Shown piece by piece: positions 25,901-40,606 of a DNA stretch of 64,000 nucleotides. The first letter of the stretch is position 1; each line of letters begins with the position of its first letter. Source of the DNA: Utricularia gibba (lineage: Eukaryota > Plantae > Magnoliophyta); NCBI GenBank assembly GCA_002189035.1, contig NEEC01000016.1:1116001-1180000 (forward strand), in the 5' to 3' direction. The notes under the pieces were generated by a model. The model searched no databases, was not told the DNA's origin, and was given only the letters and a program-made list of their open reading frames with translations. The position numbers and the translations under genes were made by a program.

Positions 25901-28088
25901 ATTTTTATTCATACTTATTAATAATAATATTTTACATAAGTTAAATTCTTACTGTAATCTTTAAAATTAATGATTATTATATTGCTAATTAAAAATTTAT
26001 AAATTTACAAATTTGATCATTCTTTTTTTTTTATCTCACACATATTATATTAAAATTAACCAAAAAAATTTTTCACACCGGTTTATTATCTTATTAAATA
26101 ACTCATATTTAACCGCGACAGCCACTCTTAACCGAAACCAGTGCTTTTGACCGCCCGACTATCCCTTTTGCCAGTCACTTGTAATGGTAACTTTTTTTTT
26201 TACTATGGTTGGTTCACTTTATGGTAAAAAAATTATCATAACAGTTTTAACTGCAGCAACCACCCAACCCATTACATGTGGTACCAAATATGGTTTTTTT
26301 TTAATATTATATATCTTTTTTGTCTTATTATTATTTGATTAAATTTAGTAAATGCCTTAGAAAAGCAACGTGCAACGGCGCCGTTTTAGATAGAAGAAGC
26401 AAGTCAAATAGAATCCAGAGCTGTCCCATCAAATGGGCTTTAAATCAGTAAGGCCCATGGAGCAAAGTGCAAGGTTTTGGATGGCGGCCCATTAATTATT
26501 GGGCCTCAGTGATCACATTGGATTTGTGCTTTATGTGGGGTTATTATGGGAATTTATTTTTTTATGATTTAAAAATACATTAATTGATAAAAATAAAAAG
26601 TAGCTACTACATATATGGAAACTTTTGGGGATTTCTGGTGGCATGAACGTGATCTGTTTTGGGAAAGCATCTGAAAAGAGGTATCTTTTAATAAGTTCGG
26701 TTGAGCGAAGCATTTGCGCCTTGTGGAAGGGCGGGTGAAATTTCATGTTAAAGGCATAAACTTGGATAAGATACAGTAAATCCGTTTTGAGACAAGTGAA
26801 ATTTCATGTTAGGACATAAGAGAGGAGTTGGGTTGTTTTTTTTTTTTTCAAAGGCAAGAGATTTAAGACAGGAGTTAGGTGTGGGTGCTTGGGACCGTGT
26901 GTAATGTTAGTTGGCATGATTTGTAGGGGACTGAGTTTCAGAAAACTGCTTGTCTTCAGTGGAAAAATCATTGCTTTGTATATGGTACAGGTGATAAGCG
27001 GATTATTTTTACATGCATGTGATTATGGGGATTTTTTAGTTTTTTAATGGAGGAAGAACATGGGAGATGTCTGAGTAGTCAGACTTTTACCATCAAGGCT
27101 GGTGATAGAGAAGTGAAGATAGAGAAAGGAGAAGAATCTTGATATCTGGGTGAAATCAGCGGCGAATCCAGACAAAGAGGTATACGAAATTGGTTGAGTC
27201 TTTATTCAATCCTCGGTTGTTTTTCCCCCAGCTTTTTTACCTTCCATTCACCCCCCGCCCCTCCTCTCTCTCCCCCGCTCTCTCTCTCTCTGTCTCCCTC
27301 TCTCCTTGACGATGCAGCTGTAGAAAGAGATCCACGATGGTATTCTGAAATCTGTTGCTTCTGCGCCTTTCACTTCGGGCGGAAAGGCGGTGTCTTTTTT
27401 CAGATCCAAGGGACCTGAATTGGTCGAGGTGTTTCTCTTCTGCAACAACACCCTCCCCCCTCCCCCGTTTTATGCTTCATCATTTCTTCTCCTGTTTCCC
27501 ATTACCCCGCCCCCGAGAAGAACCCCAGCTTTTAAAGATCAGTTTTTCCGTGTCTTGAGTCTCATTTTGTTCTTAAATGAAGTGGGTTAGGCTATGTAAA
27601 CATAATAATTTTAAGAGGGGTTAGGTGGATGGTTCTGTTCTGATATTATTGCCTTGACTCCTGAGTGTCAAGGTGGAGGAGATCATCAGGATTTTCATTT
27701 TTGTTCGCCTTTCTTTCACCAGGATTGGCTTATAGCTGTCTCTGTTGTTTCCTGGTTATGGCTAATCTGAACTTTTCTGAGAAACTCTTGGTTCTGCAAT
27801 GGTGGGTGGGCCAATCCATCTCATTCACCGCTATTTTACCCTCTTGCTTATTCAGTCCTCAGATTTACCCCAGAATTTATACTGTTTCCTGATATTTCTT
27901 CACTTGTTTCTCCAGGATATGCAATTCACCAGGCCATGTCTTCATGTAGTTTTTCAGCTAGTTGTGTAATGATCTGTTATTGTACCCGAACCAGAATTCG
28001 GTTAACTCTCTGCGCATTTGGAGATGTTGAAATAGTATAGTAATTGAACGTGTTTCTTTCACTTTACAGGGGAGGAATCTCAAGATAA

Positions 28089-29402
28089 ATGGAGAGTGAA
28101 TCTGGGGATTTTCGTAAATGGGATGAGTTGCTTCCTGATGCATTAGGACTAATATTTAAACATCTTTCTCTCCATGAGGTTCTTACAATTGTTCCAACCG
28201 TGTGCAAGTCATGGGGTAGAGCAGTGAATGGCCCGTACTGCTGGCAAGAAATCGACATAGAAGAATGGAGCAAGAATTGCGAGCCTGAACTTGTTGATAG
28301 AATGCTTCGCTTGTTGGTGAAAAGAAGCTGTGGTTCAATAAGAAAACTTGCAGTTTCTGGGATTTCTAGCGAGCAGAGCATCATGTTCATAGCAAACCAG
28401 TGAGTAAATGTTACCAACATTAGCTCTTAGTCTTGCTTGATATTCCACTCCCTCTAGTTCATGATCCTTTTGATGGATTGATTCAAATGAATTGTTTGCT
28501 CCTGAATTCCTGGTTTATGATTCAGTTATCAGATGGATGTTGCTTATCTTGTTCTCATGCCTTTTTGTGTATTCTTCCCTGCTAGTGCTCAATCTCTACA
28601 AACATTGCGATTCATGGCCATTGAACCCTCTGTTTCACTTGATGGGAATCGCAATGTTTGTGAAAGATGGTTGCCATTTATCTTGTTCTCATGCCTTTTG
28701 TGTACTCTTCCCTGCTAGTGCTCAATCTCTACAAACATTGCGACTCCCACGAAGTGAAATAGACGATTCAATGGTGATGAAAGCTGTTTCCAGGCTGTCA
28801 AGCATAACTCATCTAGATCTGAGCTACTGCATCAACATCGGAGCTGAAGGGCTCGAGATGATCGGAAAGCACTGCAAGTCTCTCACAAGTTTGAGGCGTG
28901 TAATGCACCCTTTGGAGGTGATGGATAAGCTTTCTCAGGACGATGAGGCTCTGGCCATCGCCAAAACAATGCCTCTTCTAAAGCACCTCGAGATCGCCTA
29001 TTTGCTTGTGGAAACGCTGAGCATCCTCCAGATTCTCAACAACTGCAAGAAGCTGGAGCTGCTGGATGTCCGAGGATGCTGGAGTGTGAATCTGGATGAC
29101 AAGCTTTTGAACCAGTTCCCCAAGGTGAAGGTTGTTGGCCCCTGGTGGTTGATTGCTATGACATCATGAGTGGCTGGGACAACTGCTCCGACTACTCCGG
29201 CTCCTCCGGTTATCTGGCTTGGGACTTTGTTGCCGGCGATTTCGACGACGAATACGAAGACGAAGACGAAGACTACTACGATTACGACCCAGAGATGATG
29301 GACGAGTTCTGGGAAGACCAGCAGGCTGTTGAGGAAGTTGAAATGTGGTTTTATGATGATTTCAATGCTGATCCTGGACACGATTGGCCTCAGTCACCTT
29401 GA
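28089..29402 (+). CDS. F-box/LRR protein, FBW2-like, with an apparent 1-bp frameshift at 29139-29142
   Basis: Exon 1 28089-28399 (RKWDELLPDALGLIF..VPTVCKSW..GPYCWQEIDIEEW). Exon 2 from 28719 (AQSLQTLRLPRSEI..LDLSYC..LKHLEIAY..LDVRGCW). The acidic C-terminal tail VVDCYD..WDNCSDYS..WPQSP* is in the -1 frame. Confidence 0.88.
28531..28745 (+). repeat. Tandem duplication of an intron end plus exon start (~70-80 bp, offset ~133 bp)
   Basis: TTATCTTGTTCTCATGCCTTTT(T)GTGTA(T/C)TCTTCCCTGCTAG|TGCTCAATCTCTACAAACATTGCGA occurs at 28544-28610 and 28678-28743. Confidence 0.92.
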
Positions 29403-31179
29403 GTCTTCTCCTTGCACACCATCCTCCTCCTCCATGTTGTATTATGATATCTACCAGTTGAATAAGACAGACATTTTGGAGAATCCTGCTGCGTTGTCTC
29501 CAACCTCTTGTTGAGTGATGAGAATGGCCTCCGTGAAGCATAGATGTAGGAGAAACTTGGATAATTCAAAAATGGCGGAAAATTTTACAGTAACCAGCTT
29601 TGAATCTTCGAAAGGCTCTTCCTTTTCTACAAAAACGTTCTTCTTCCAGAAGTTGCACAAAAGAATGAAACTTTCTATCTCCGTCTTCTCAACTTCAGAG
29701 TCTGCTGCTGCATCCATGGACGAACATGGGGTTACTTCGTTAACCGCTTTCTCATATCTCCCCACAGTTTACTGTTTTTCCCAGTAGCAAGAATGAGATC
29801 TAGCTGATTTATTTTGATGCTCCTGCACAGCGAAATAATAACAACTTGAAATCAGAGCAGAAAGAAATCCATCAGGGAAGTTGGCGCAGAGCACAACTAG
29901 GAATCCTTCTGGGAAAGTTAAAACATTGTAAACCATGGGGGTATGGCTTGAAGCTGAAGAACCAATCTGCCTACGTGGGCGAGAAGAACCTTTTGAATTT
30001 CAACAAGATACCCTCCAAAGGTATCATCTTGGGAGCTAATGCATGAGTAGCATCCGAAGCTTTCTGCAGTCTGAACAAGAAAAGAAGTCATCTTTGTTTT
30101 CTGAAAAACTCCCCTTGATCATCACAACATTTGCTTCCAAAATCAAATAATGCATTTGTTTTCTTTCTACCAAGGGCATACACAGCTTTGCGTTTCCAGG
30201 AACAGGGAATGAAACTGGAGATTACCTCGAGGGTTGCTTGTTTGAGAGTCATCCTCGATTGCTGAAACCGAATCCCAATCTTTTTCAAGGCGCGTCAATC
30301 AGGCATGAATAACAGCCGTGCAGTGCAGCTACACAGTTCCTGATCACTACAGAAAATTAGTCCCATGCACACTATTTTGTCATGCAAATCCAGCACCGCA
30401 AATTCTCCTCCAGTGCCGCATCCTGATAAGCACACCGCCATCAGCCCAAAGACCAGAATCACACCCTGGCAAGCTGAAACATTGCTCCCAAGAATCCGAA
30501 TTTTCCCTCCGCAACGGAAACAACATTTCGCAGCGACGCAAACACAAACCGCCGAAGAAACGGCTAAACTGAGGAACCCAAACCCAGAAAGAAAAACATC
30601 AAAGCTTTCCTTTCTACTTTCTACGCGCTTACCGGAGGCCTCCAATTGTTCATCGGGGTATGCAGCGGCTCCCCCAGCACCTAAAAGGCCATGTCCAGAC
30701 AATGTGTCATTGGTTCCACATTCTGACAGAAGAGAATTGTGGGAATAGTTTCTAAAGGAAAGGGACACTCAGTATCGATGTCGATTGCAACCGCCATTGG
30801 TACGTCTCAGTGACCTCAGGCTCTGCCACTGCAAACTGATGTTCTACGCGCGGTCGTCGAGATCCTCCCGCCGGATATTTTTAATGGGTCGGACAAGATG
30901 ACCTTAAACATAGGCCGGATAATGGGTCAGGCCCAATATTGCCCAATTAATAATGAAAAATTATTAAATAAAATATTGGTGGGTGACAGTTGTGATTGAC
31001 AGGACAAGCATTACACGGGGATTATTACAGGGTTTGAATGAACTTCGAATTCGAAGAAGAAATAAAAACTCGTTGAGAACTTTTTGACTGTCTAAACGTA
31101 GGGGTCTGGATTTTGGTCATCTGCTGCTACTGTTTCTTCCTAGCGATTGTTTGCTGATTCGAACGGAATTTAGTGAAGA

Positions 31180-32253
31180 ATGGGGAGCGGCGGAGGATAT
31201 GGCGATGCAACCCAGAAAATAGACTACGTTTTCAAGGTGGTGTTGATTGGGGATTCCGCCGTCGGGAAGTCTCAGATTCTTTCGCGTTTCGCTAGAAATG
31301 AGTTTACCCTGGATTCCAAGGCTACTATCGGCGTCGAGTTCCAAACTCGAACTATGGTTATCCAGCACAAGACTGTTAAAGCCCAGATCTGGGATACTGC
31401 TGGCCAAGAAAGGTATTAACTTTGCTGCTCTTGTGCATTTGTCCGTCTCGGTGTTGATTTGGGGATCCATAGTTCCTGTTTTTGCTTGGGTTTCTACTGC
31501 GAATATTGCGTTCAGATTCTTTTTTGGCTTCAATCACATGTGATCCGGCATAGATTTACTTTTTGTCTGGTTGCTGCCTCATCCTTGTTGCTTGATCAAT
31601 GACGCGTGACCCCTTTCTTTGATTCCTCTCTTTCTTGTGAAGTCTTTTATGTCGTCTGCGCCTCATAGCCTCAAGAGATACTGATTAACAGTATTCATGC
31701 TCTAGATTTGATGATGATGCCTCTGTATTTCTTTGGCATTCACCCTGCATTGGATGCCCTCTTGTTCCTTTAGGATTTGTTGCTCATCTCTCAGCGCGTT
31801 GCAATGATGAACAGATACCGAGCTGTGACGAGCGCCTACTACAGAGGTGCGGTTGGTGCAATGCTGGTTTACGACATTACCAAACGCCAAACCTTCGACC
31901 ACATCCCCAGATGGCTTGAAGAACTGCGTGCTCACGCAGACAAAAACATTGTGATAATCCTGATTGGGAACAAGACCGACTTAGAGGATCAAAGAGCTGT
32001 TTCTATTGAAGACGCAAAGGAGTTTGCTCAAGCGCAAGGCTTGTTCTTCCTAGAGACTTCAGCGCTGCAAGCAACAAACGTGGAAGAAGCTTTCTTAACC
32101 GTTTTGACCGAGATTTTCAACATCATGAACAAGAAAACGCTTGCCGCTGGTGAAGATCAGACTGGAAATCCTGCTTCTTTGTCCGGGAAGACGATCCTTG
32201 TGCCCGGTCCTGGACAGGTAATCCCAGCAAAGAAGGCGTGCTGTACTTCGTGA
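31180..32253 (+). CDS. RABA4: Rab GTPase, RabA4 subclass
   Basis: Exons 31180-31412 and 31815-32253. Motifs: [36 protein letters not shown]-terminal CCTS prenylation site. The N-terminus [19 protein letters not shown] is typical of RabA4. Confidence 0.95.
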
Positions 32254-32610
32254 TGGCATATGAATCTCTGCTTGTTCCATGTTGCCAAGTGTTTTTCGCG
32301 TGGCTGGTTACTGATGCGGTTCGTCTATTCACCTCTACGAGTGCAGAACAGGACATAACCATCATTTTGTGTTCATGTTTATTCTTCATTTCTGCGTTGG
32401 TCTTATTTTCCACGTTGAGAAATTCAGCAAATCCAAACTCAACACAACTAATGAAAGTCGAATGGCAACAACATACTTAATCAAAACGTTGTTGTACCAC
32501 AAATGAAAGATGTCTGTAGAACAGTGAGTTCAAAAGTAGGAACAATCAACAGACATGAAGAGAAGACATAAGAACAAGGGCATCGAAAACCATTTAACAG
32601 TAGTAGAAAC

Positions 32611-33988
<1,378 letters not shown>

Positions 33989-34059
33989 CTTCAATGTCAC
34001 GCAGAGGCGCCGGTAGGCTCCGAAGGAAAGGCAGCGACAGCGGTCTCAGCGATCTCCAA

Positions 34060-34215
34060 TGAAACTAGGGTTTCCGATATATATTGCCCCGTGCTGAATC
34101 ACATGGGCTTAGAGCAGGCCTTTTACGCTCGTAGGTGGGCTTACGTTATTTTCAAAAGCCCAATAGAAAATTCCACAAAGCCCAGTCATCACGTCGTAAT
34201 CATATATAAACCACA
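34060..34215. promoter_or_regulatory. Shared bidirectional promoter of RPS6 and 14-3-3
   Basis: ATGs are 314 bp apart (33988 minus, 34302 plus). Telo-box TAGGGTTT at 34066-34073. Site II TGGGCT at 34104 and 34136, AGCCCA at 34157 and 34179. TATATAAA at ~34203. Confidence 0.7.
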
Positions 34216-34301
34216 ACCCCAACGACACTTCTCTTCCACTGTTGGTCGTGGAATTGTGCATCCTCTCTCTAGAATTTGAAATCCCTAGTTCCCAAATCGA
34301 A

Positions 34302-35539
34302 ATGGCGTCCCCAAGAGAGGAGAACGTGTACATGGCGAAGCTGGCGGAGCAGGCCGAGCGCTACGAAGAGATGGTTGAGTTTATGGAGAAGGTCGTCGGA
34401 GCAGTCGACGGCGAAGAACTCACTGTCGAAGAGCGGAATCTCCTTTCCGTCGCCTACAAGAACGTAATCGGAGCCAGACGCGCCTCCTGGAGGATAATCT
34501 CCTCCATCGAACAAAAGGAGGAGAGCCGCGGCAATGAGGGCCACGTTACAGCCATTAAAGGTTACAGATCCAAGATCGAGGCAGAGCTTTCTAGCATTTG
34601 TGATGGCATTCTCAAACTTTTGGACTCCAAACTCATTGGATCCGCGTCTAACGGTGATTCTAAGGTGTTTTATTTGAAGATGAAGGGGGATTATCATCGC
34701 TACCTGGCGGAATTTAAGACAGGAGCCGAGCGAAAGGAAGCTGCTGAGAATACACTCACGGCTTACAAATCTGCTCAGGTTGATTTACGATTTCTCCTCC
34801 ATTTTCAAAAAATATAATAATTGTTTCCAGCTCTCTCTGGTTCTCGTGCAATTATTAATTGGCTCCTGGCAACTTAAGTACCTATAGTTACTAGAACTGG
34901 TAGATAGATTCCCCCTTTTAAAAAAAGCATCATTGAGATTCCATATATTGTGGATGCTACCCAGAAGCTGCATTTAATTTTCTTCCTTGCCGCATATTTA
35001 GGGAAGAAAGAATCTTTAATCGTGTTGTTTGCAGGATCTTGCTAATGCTGAGTTGGCGCCCACGCACCCCATTCGTCTTGGACTGGCTCTCAACTTCTCG
35101 GTGTTCTACTACGAGATTTTGAACTCCCCTGACCGGGCGTGTAACCTTGCAAAACAGGTGGCTTTCAGCAAACCCTCTTTTGTGTTTTGTGAGTCAGCGA
35201 TTAGATCGGGAAACGCTAATTTACTCTGTTGTGGGATGTTGGGGTGATGGTTTTTTATGCATTTGAAATGACATAAATGTGTTGCCTCCTGCAAGGCGTT
35301 CGACGAGGCAATTGCTGAGCTTGACACTTTGGGAGAAGAATCCTACAAGGACAGCACTCTAATCATGCAGCTTCTCCGTGACAATCTTACTCTGTGGACA
35401 TCAGACATGCAGGTAAGCTGTATTTTGCTAATAGTCTGCATAATGCACGTAACTTCCAAGAAATGCATCTTGATCCTTCTCTTTTCAGGATGATTCTGTG
35501 GATGAGATCAAGGAAGCGTCGAAGCTGGACAAAGAGTAG
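34302..35539 (+). CDS. 14-3-3 protein (non-epsilon group)
   Basis: [155 protein letters not shown]. The four-exon structure fits the non-epsilon group. Confidence 0.97.
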
Positions 35540-36423
35540 TGGACTTACTGCAAGGGAGCTGTTGTGGGGGGCGTCATGCTCAGAATTCGTTGCAGTTTCT
35601 TTAAGTTGGTGTTTCATTTCCTTAGGAAAAAACAGTCGGTACCACTCGTTGGTGCGCTTCGTTTGCGTACTCCCTTCTCCTAAGAAAGCAGTAATCTGGA
35701 TGTCCGTATTCTGCACTTCAATTACGTTGCGTCGCCATTTCGTTGAAACGCCGCTTCCATCTTGGGCTGTTTCATAATTACAAAGCAAACTACTTTCTGA
35801 AATTTTACTGGGCTGTCGCTGGGCTGTCCTTCAATGGACTCTTTCTGTTCCGCTTTATTCTACATGAGGACATAGCGTAGGCTCTCAACCCGTCGGCGGT
35901 CAAAACATGGGTTGAGAGCACCCTAATCTCTTGGTCGCTGGAAAAGCAGTTTTGCCGAGATTGCCCACTTGGTGTTGTTCTTCCTTCCGGCGTCTGCCAC
36001 CCTCTTCTTCATCCTTGCATCTTCCCATTTGGTGATTTGGGTGTCGTAAAACTAGTTAGAAAACTGAAAAGGGAACTGGTGTCGGTTTGTTTGGGTGCTC
36101 ATGGTTGCGATTGTTTTCAGAAATTTCTGGGCAGAGAGCTGATTCATGTGGTTATGGGGTTCGCCTTCGGAATTTGCTCTTTGATTCCTGCTCTCTTCAA
36201 ACATCAAGGGCGTTTAATCATAATCTGAAAAGTGTCTATGAAAATGATGGGGAGTTCTTGTAAACAATGAGAAGAAGCATAAGATGCTTATGCTCTGGTT
36301 GTCGCACACCATATATTTAACCACAGTAACAAGAGATCCTAGAAACAAACAAAGCGGACGGAGCTCAACTGCACTACAGGCTACATTAACAGGCTGCTTA
36401 ACGTAGAAGAATAAGATCGGATT

Positions 36424-37103
<680 letters not shown>

Positions 37104-38628
37104 TCATAAACATCAAATTCTATCATGATTCGTGGTTTTTTCCAGGTGCAGATGAATGATAGAAGCAATACATAATCAACAGATTGCCAGATCTTGGCAA
37201 CGAAAAAAACCTAATCACGTAACAATCAAAACACGATAATTACCCAAGTAACAAAATTGATGATACACTAAAATTCATGTGAAACAAGACACTCAAAATC
37301 AGAAGAGAATCGAAGGAAGGGAGGCGAATCGCACGAAGACTCACCTGTAAGGATCGCAAACTCCGAATCTCTCTGTCTTCTTCGCGGAATCAAATATTCT
37401 AGTTTTTTGACCGACGGTTTATATTTATAGAGAAGAAGGAAGACCCAATAAGACGCCGGCCGCTATATAAATAATAGTTTTTTAATCTGTGTTTCCGTGT
37501 CCGAATCGACGGTGGAGGATGATGCAATATGTGTTTTCTCGATTCCGATGTACGGCCCCGATGAGAAAGACATGGATCGAGATGGAGCTACCTTCCAGCT
37601 TACAAAATCCATCTTCTAGAAGAAGAAGAAGAAACTCCAATGCTTCCCTGCATCAGACAGCATGACGTACGGCTTCCCCTTCTCTGCATGAACCAGGAAT
37701 TCATTTACCCGAAAGGTAACTAACTCCATTTTCTTCAACGAGCTCTTTCAATCTGTCAATCAGCCACCTTGCCCGATTCGACCATCAAATATCTGGCATC
37801 AATTCTAAGTTCCCAGAACGGAATCTCACGTTGTTAGTGGACCCACTGAAGTATTTCCGATAACCAATAGCCTGGTAGAATCCATCCGCCTCGAGAAGAA
37901 ACCTCCGGTCGCTCGTCCTCATGTACTGATTGAAATGCCTCTGCTATAACGCAGAAGCAATTTCCCATCCCTAGAGCGCAGAGTCCTCCATCTTTGCCCG
38001 ATTCTCCTGCCGATGCTTCCAGAACTGCATCAACTTTGGCTGTAAGGATGCAGCGGAGCGTCACGCAGACGCGCGAACTTCCGCCGGTATCGACAGCGAA
38101 GTGATCCAGGAGCTTCAACTGACACGACCCTTCACCACACCTCCAACAAACCCCACCCTGGTGAAAAGAAAGACGGCAACGGAGGAGAAAACAGAAACTC
38201 GGAACATTTTCAACTTCGCTCACCACGTCCATGCCCATGAAACGTGACACGTACAAGTGATCCCGTAGAATTTGTCCGTATATGATACATGATCAAAATT
38301 TATTTATTTATTAATTATTTTTATTAGACACTTCAGCATTGACAAACACAATATTTATTTATCAGAATATCCGGATCGGACATAGTTTCAAATATAAATA
38401 CTACAAATTCACCAAAATCATTATATATTCTTAATTTAACAAAGACAAAATACTACAATTTCAGATTTCCGATTTTTTTATTGAATAAAATATTCTCAAA
38501 TTTTTATTTTTTTAAAATTTAAAATACAACATTTTTCTGAAATTCGTCCGATGTAGCACCCCAAGCGAATGCAACAAGTCCCACCGACTAACCGCAAATG
38601 GAAACTTGGTCCAGAAATAGACACTGGT

Positions 38629-40606
38629 TTAAATTCGCAACCATTTCTTGACACGTCTAGTGGCTGTTTCCGCCTGCAATGACGAACCAAATTTGGACAA
38701 CCCATCAAATATGGTGTCTTTTTTTTTTTTTATCGTACTGGTTTGTTGTGCAATTACCTCTTTGTCCCAGTCGCATCTCATCGTCATCCAGATCAGCACC
38801 AGGGTCTGGAGTCCGGTTCCGCCCAAGATCATGCCAGCCCACACTCCCTGGTTGGGTAACTCAGGTAAAAAAAGGTGGATCCTTTTACCCCAAGCAGTGA
38901 AGACAGTAAAAAAGAGAAATTTTACCGCGACTCCTAAGTTTAAAGCCCATCTCAAGACCAGCCCGAGCGGGAGGCCTACCATGTAGTACGAGAAGATGTT
39001 GACATACGCCACCCGTGCTTGCCACCCAGATCCCACTGCCACGCCTGTGGAAAAGGGAAATACAGGGATTGGTGCGTTCTGATCTGGATTTTACAGTTCT
39101 GAATTTGTGGGATTACCTGAGAGAACGGGCTGGATACTGTTTAGAAGAATGGCGACGGCCAAGAGGGCGGACATGGAGGCGACGGCGTCGAGCACCGGTT
39201 TACTGGTGGAGAAGAGAAGAGCAAGCTGGTGATGGAAAACCAGGACAATCGTCATGGCGATCAGGCCGGTGATCGTGGAGGTTACGGTGGATACGATGGT
39301 CGCAAATCGAGCCGCTTTCCCGTTTCCGGCGCCGAGTTCGTTCGCCACCCGGACTCTGAGTTGAACGGCAGGAAATGAGAGAATGCCCTTGTTGGATGGC
39401 TAGAGTAAAAACAGGGTTCCATACCCGGATCCGACGAAGAAGGAGAGGGGGATACTCATTTCCCAGGCGTTTATCGCCATGCTGCCACAACATACTGGAT
39501 GTTACCATTGATATGCTGGAAATGCACTTATTCTGTTGTTAAAAATATTAACTTTGGTTACCACACAGATAAAGCATCGACGGCTATGGCGGCATCTTTC
39601 ATGTTTCCGGTCATTAGCACGAGGATTCTGTAGTACCAATTCTCCAGGCTACAGAGATGAATGTTGAGTTAGAAGGGGAGAATATCAATGAGAGTGAGTG
39701 AAGAAGTAGCATACGGACCACATCATAACTCCTGAGGAAGCTGAAAGCTTTAAAAACTCCCACAGGCCGGAAAATGCCTCCATCGAAAACCCGGTCCAGG
39801 TCTCAGTGCACCCGCCGGAAACAGTGTAAACAAACATTCCGCTGATGAAAACCCACCACGAAACATTAAGTATCGCGGTGGCACCAACGACCCCCCACCC
39901 GAAGACACTGACGACCAGCCACGTCCCTATTACGTGAAACACAAGCCCGGCGAACGCCGACCACGCATAGATGGCGTTCTTCAGCTGGCACTGAAGAAAG
40001 CGTTGCAACGGAAACAGGAATCCGAAGCTGAAATGCATTGGGATCATCCAGAGGGCTAACTTTCCGGCAAGCTCCGCTACCTCAGCAGGCTGTCCCAACG
40101 CTCTAAGTAACTCACCGGCGAAGATGTACAGCGGCAGAAGGAGGATTCCGATTCCGAATAGAACGATCCACGATCGCTGCATGTAGATTCCGAGCATGTG
40201 ATATTGCTTTGCCCCATAAGCTTGCCCACATAGCGTCTCTAATGCACTCGCCATCCCCAACTAGCAAAAAAAAAAAGGTGTTAAACCTAATATCTCTTTG
40301 TAAGCATGAATCTTATGCATATCCAAAAGAAGGGGTGATTACTAGGAGACCGAAGTCGAAGCCGGAGATGACGGAGATGAGCATCGACATGGCGGCGAGC
40401 TCCGTGTCGCCAATATGGCCGACGAATGCCTGAGTGAAAACATTGTAAGTGAAGGTGGAGATTCTGCTTATGATCGCAGGGCCCACGATTCTCCAAAGTA
40501 GCTTGGATTCCATGAAAAGCCTTGTCCCCAATCCTTCCTCTTCCTTATTACTAGTTTCCTCATTCTGCAAGTCGAGCAATGGAGTAGTAGCAGCTTCCTC
40601 CCCCAT
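38629..40606 (-). CDS. MATE/DETOXIFICATION family transporter
   Basis: Multi-exon model: ESKLLWRIVGPAI..LGMASALETLCGQAYGAKQYHMLGIYMQRSW..PLQRFLQCQLK..FLKLSASSGVMMCLENWYYRIL..RVANELGAGNGKAARF..NSIQPVLSGVAVGSGWQ..W.GMILGGTGLQTL..CDWDKE..RRVKKWLRI*. Confidence 0.95.

Noticed and set aside
27133-27143. 11-nt match to the 5' end of miR172 (AGAATCTTGAT)
   Set aside because: It diverges immediately afterwards and there is no hairpin partner.
30724-30735. 12-nt match to the 5' end of miR156 (TGACAGAAGAGA)
   Set aside because: The rest of the mature sequence does not match and no miR* arm was seen. On the minus strand it is simply a pyrimidine tract plus AG.
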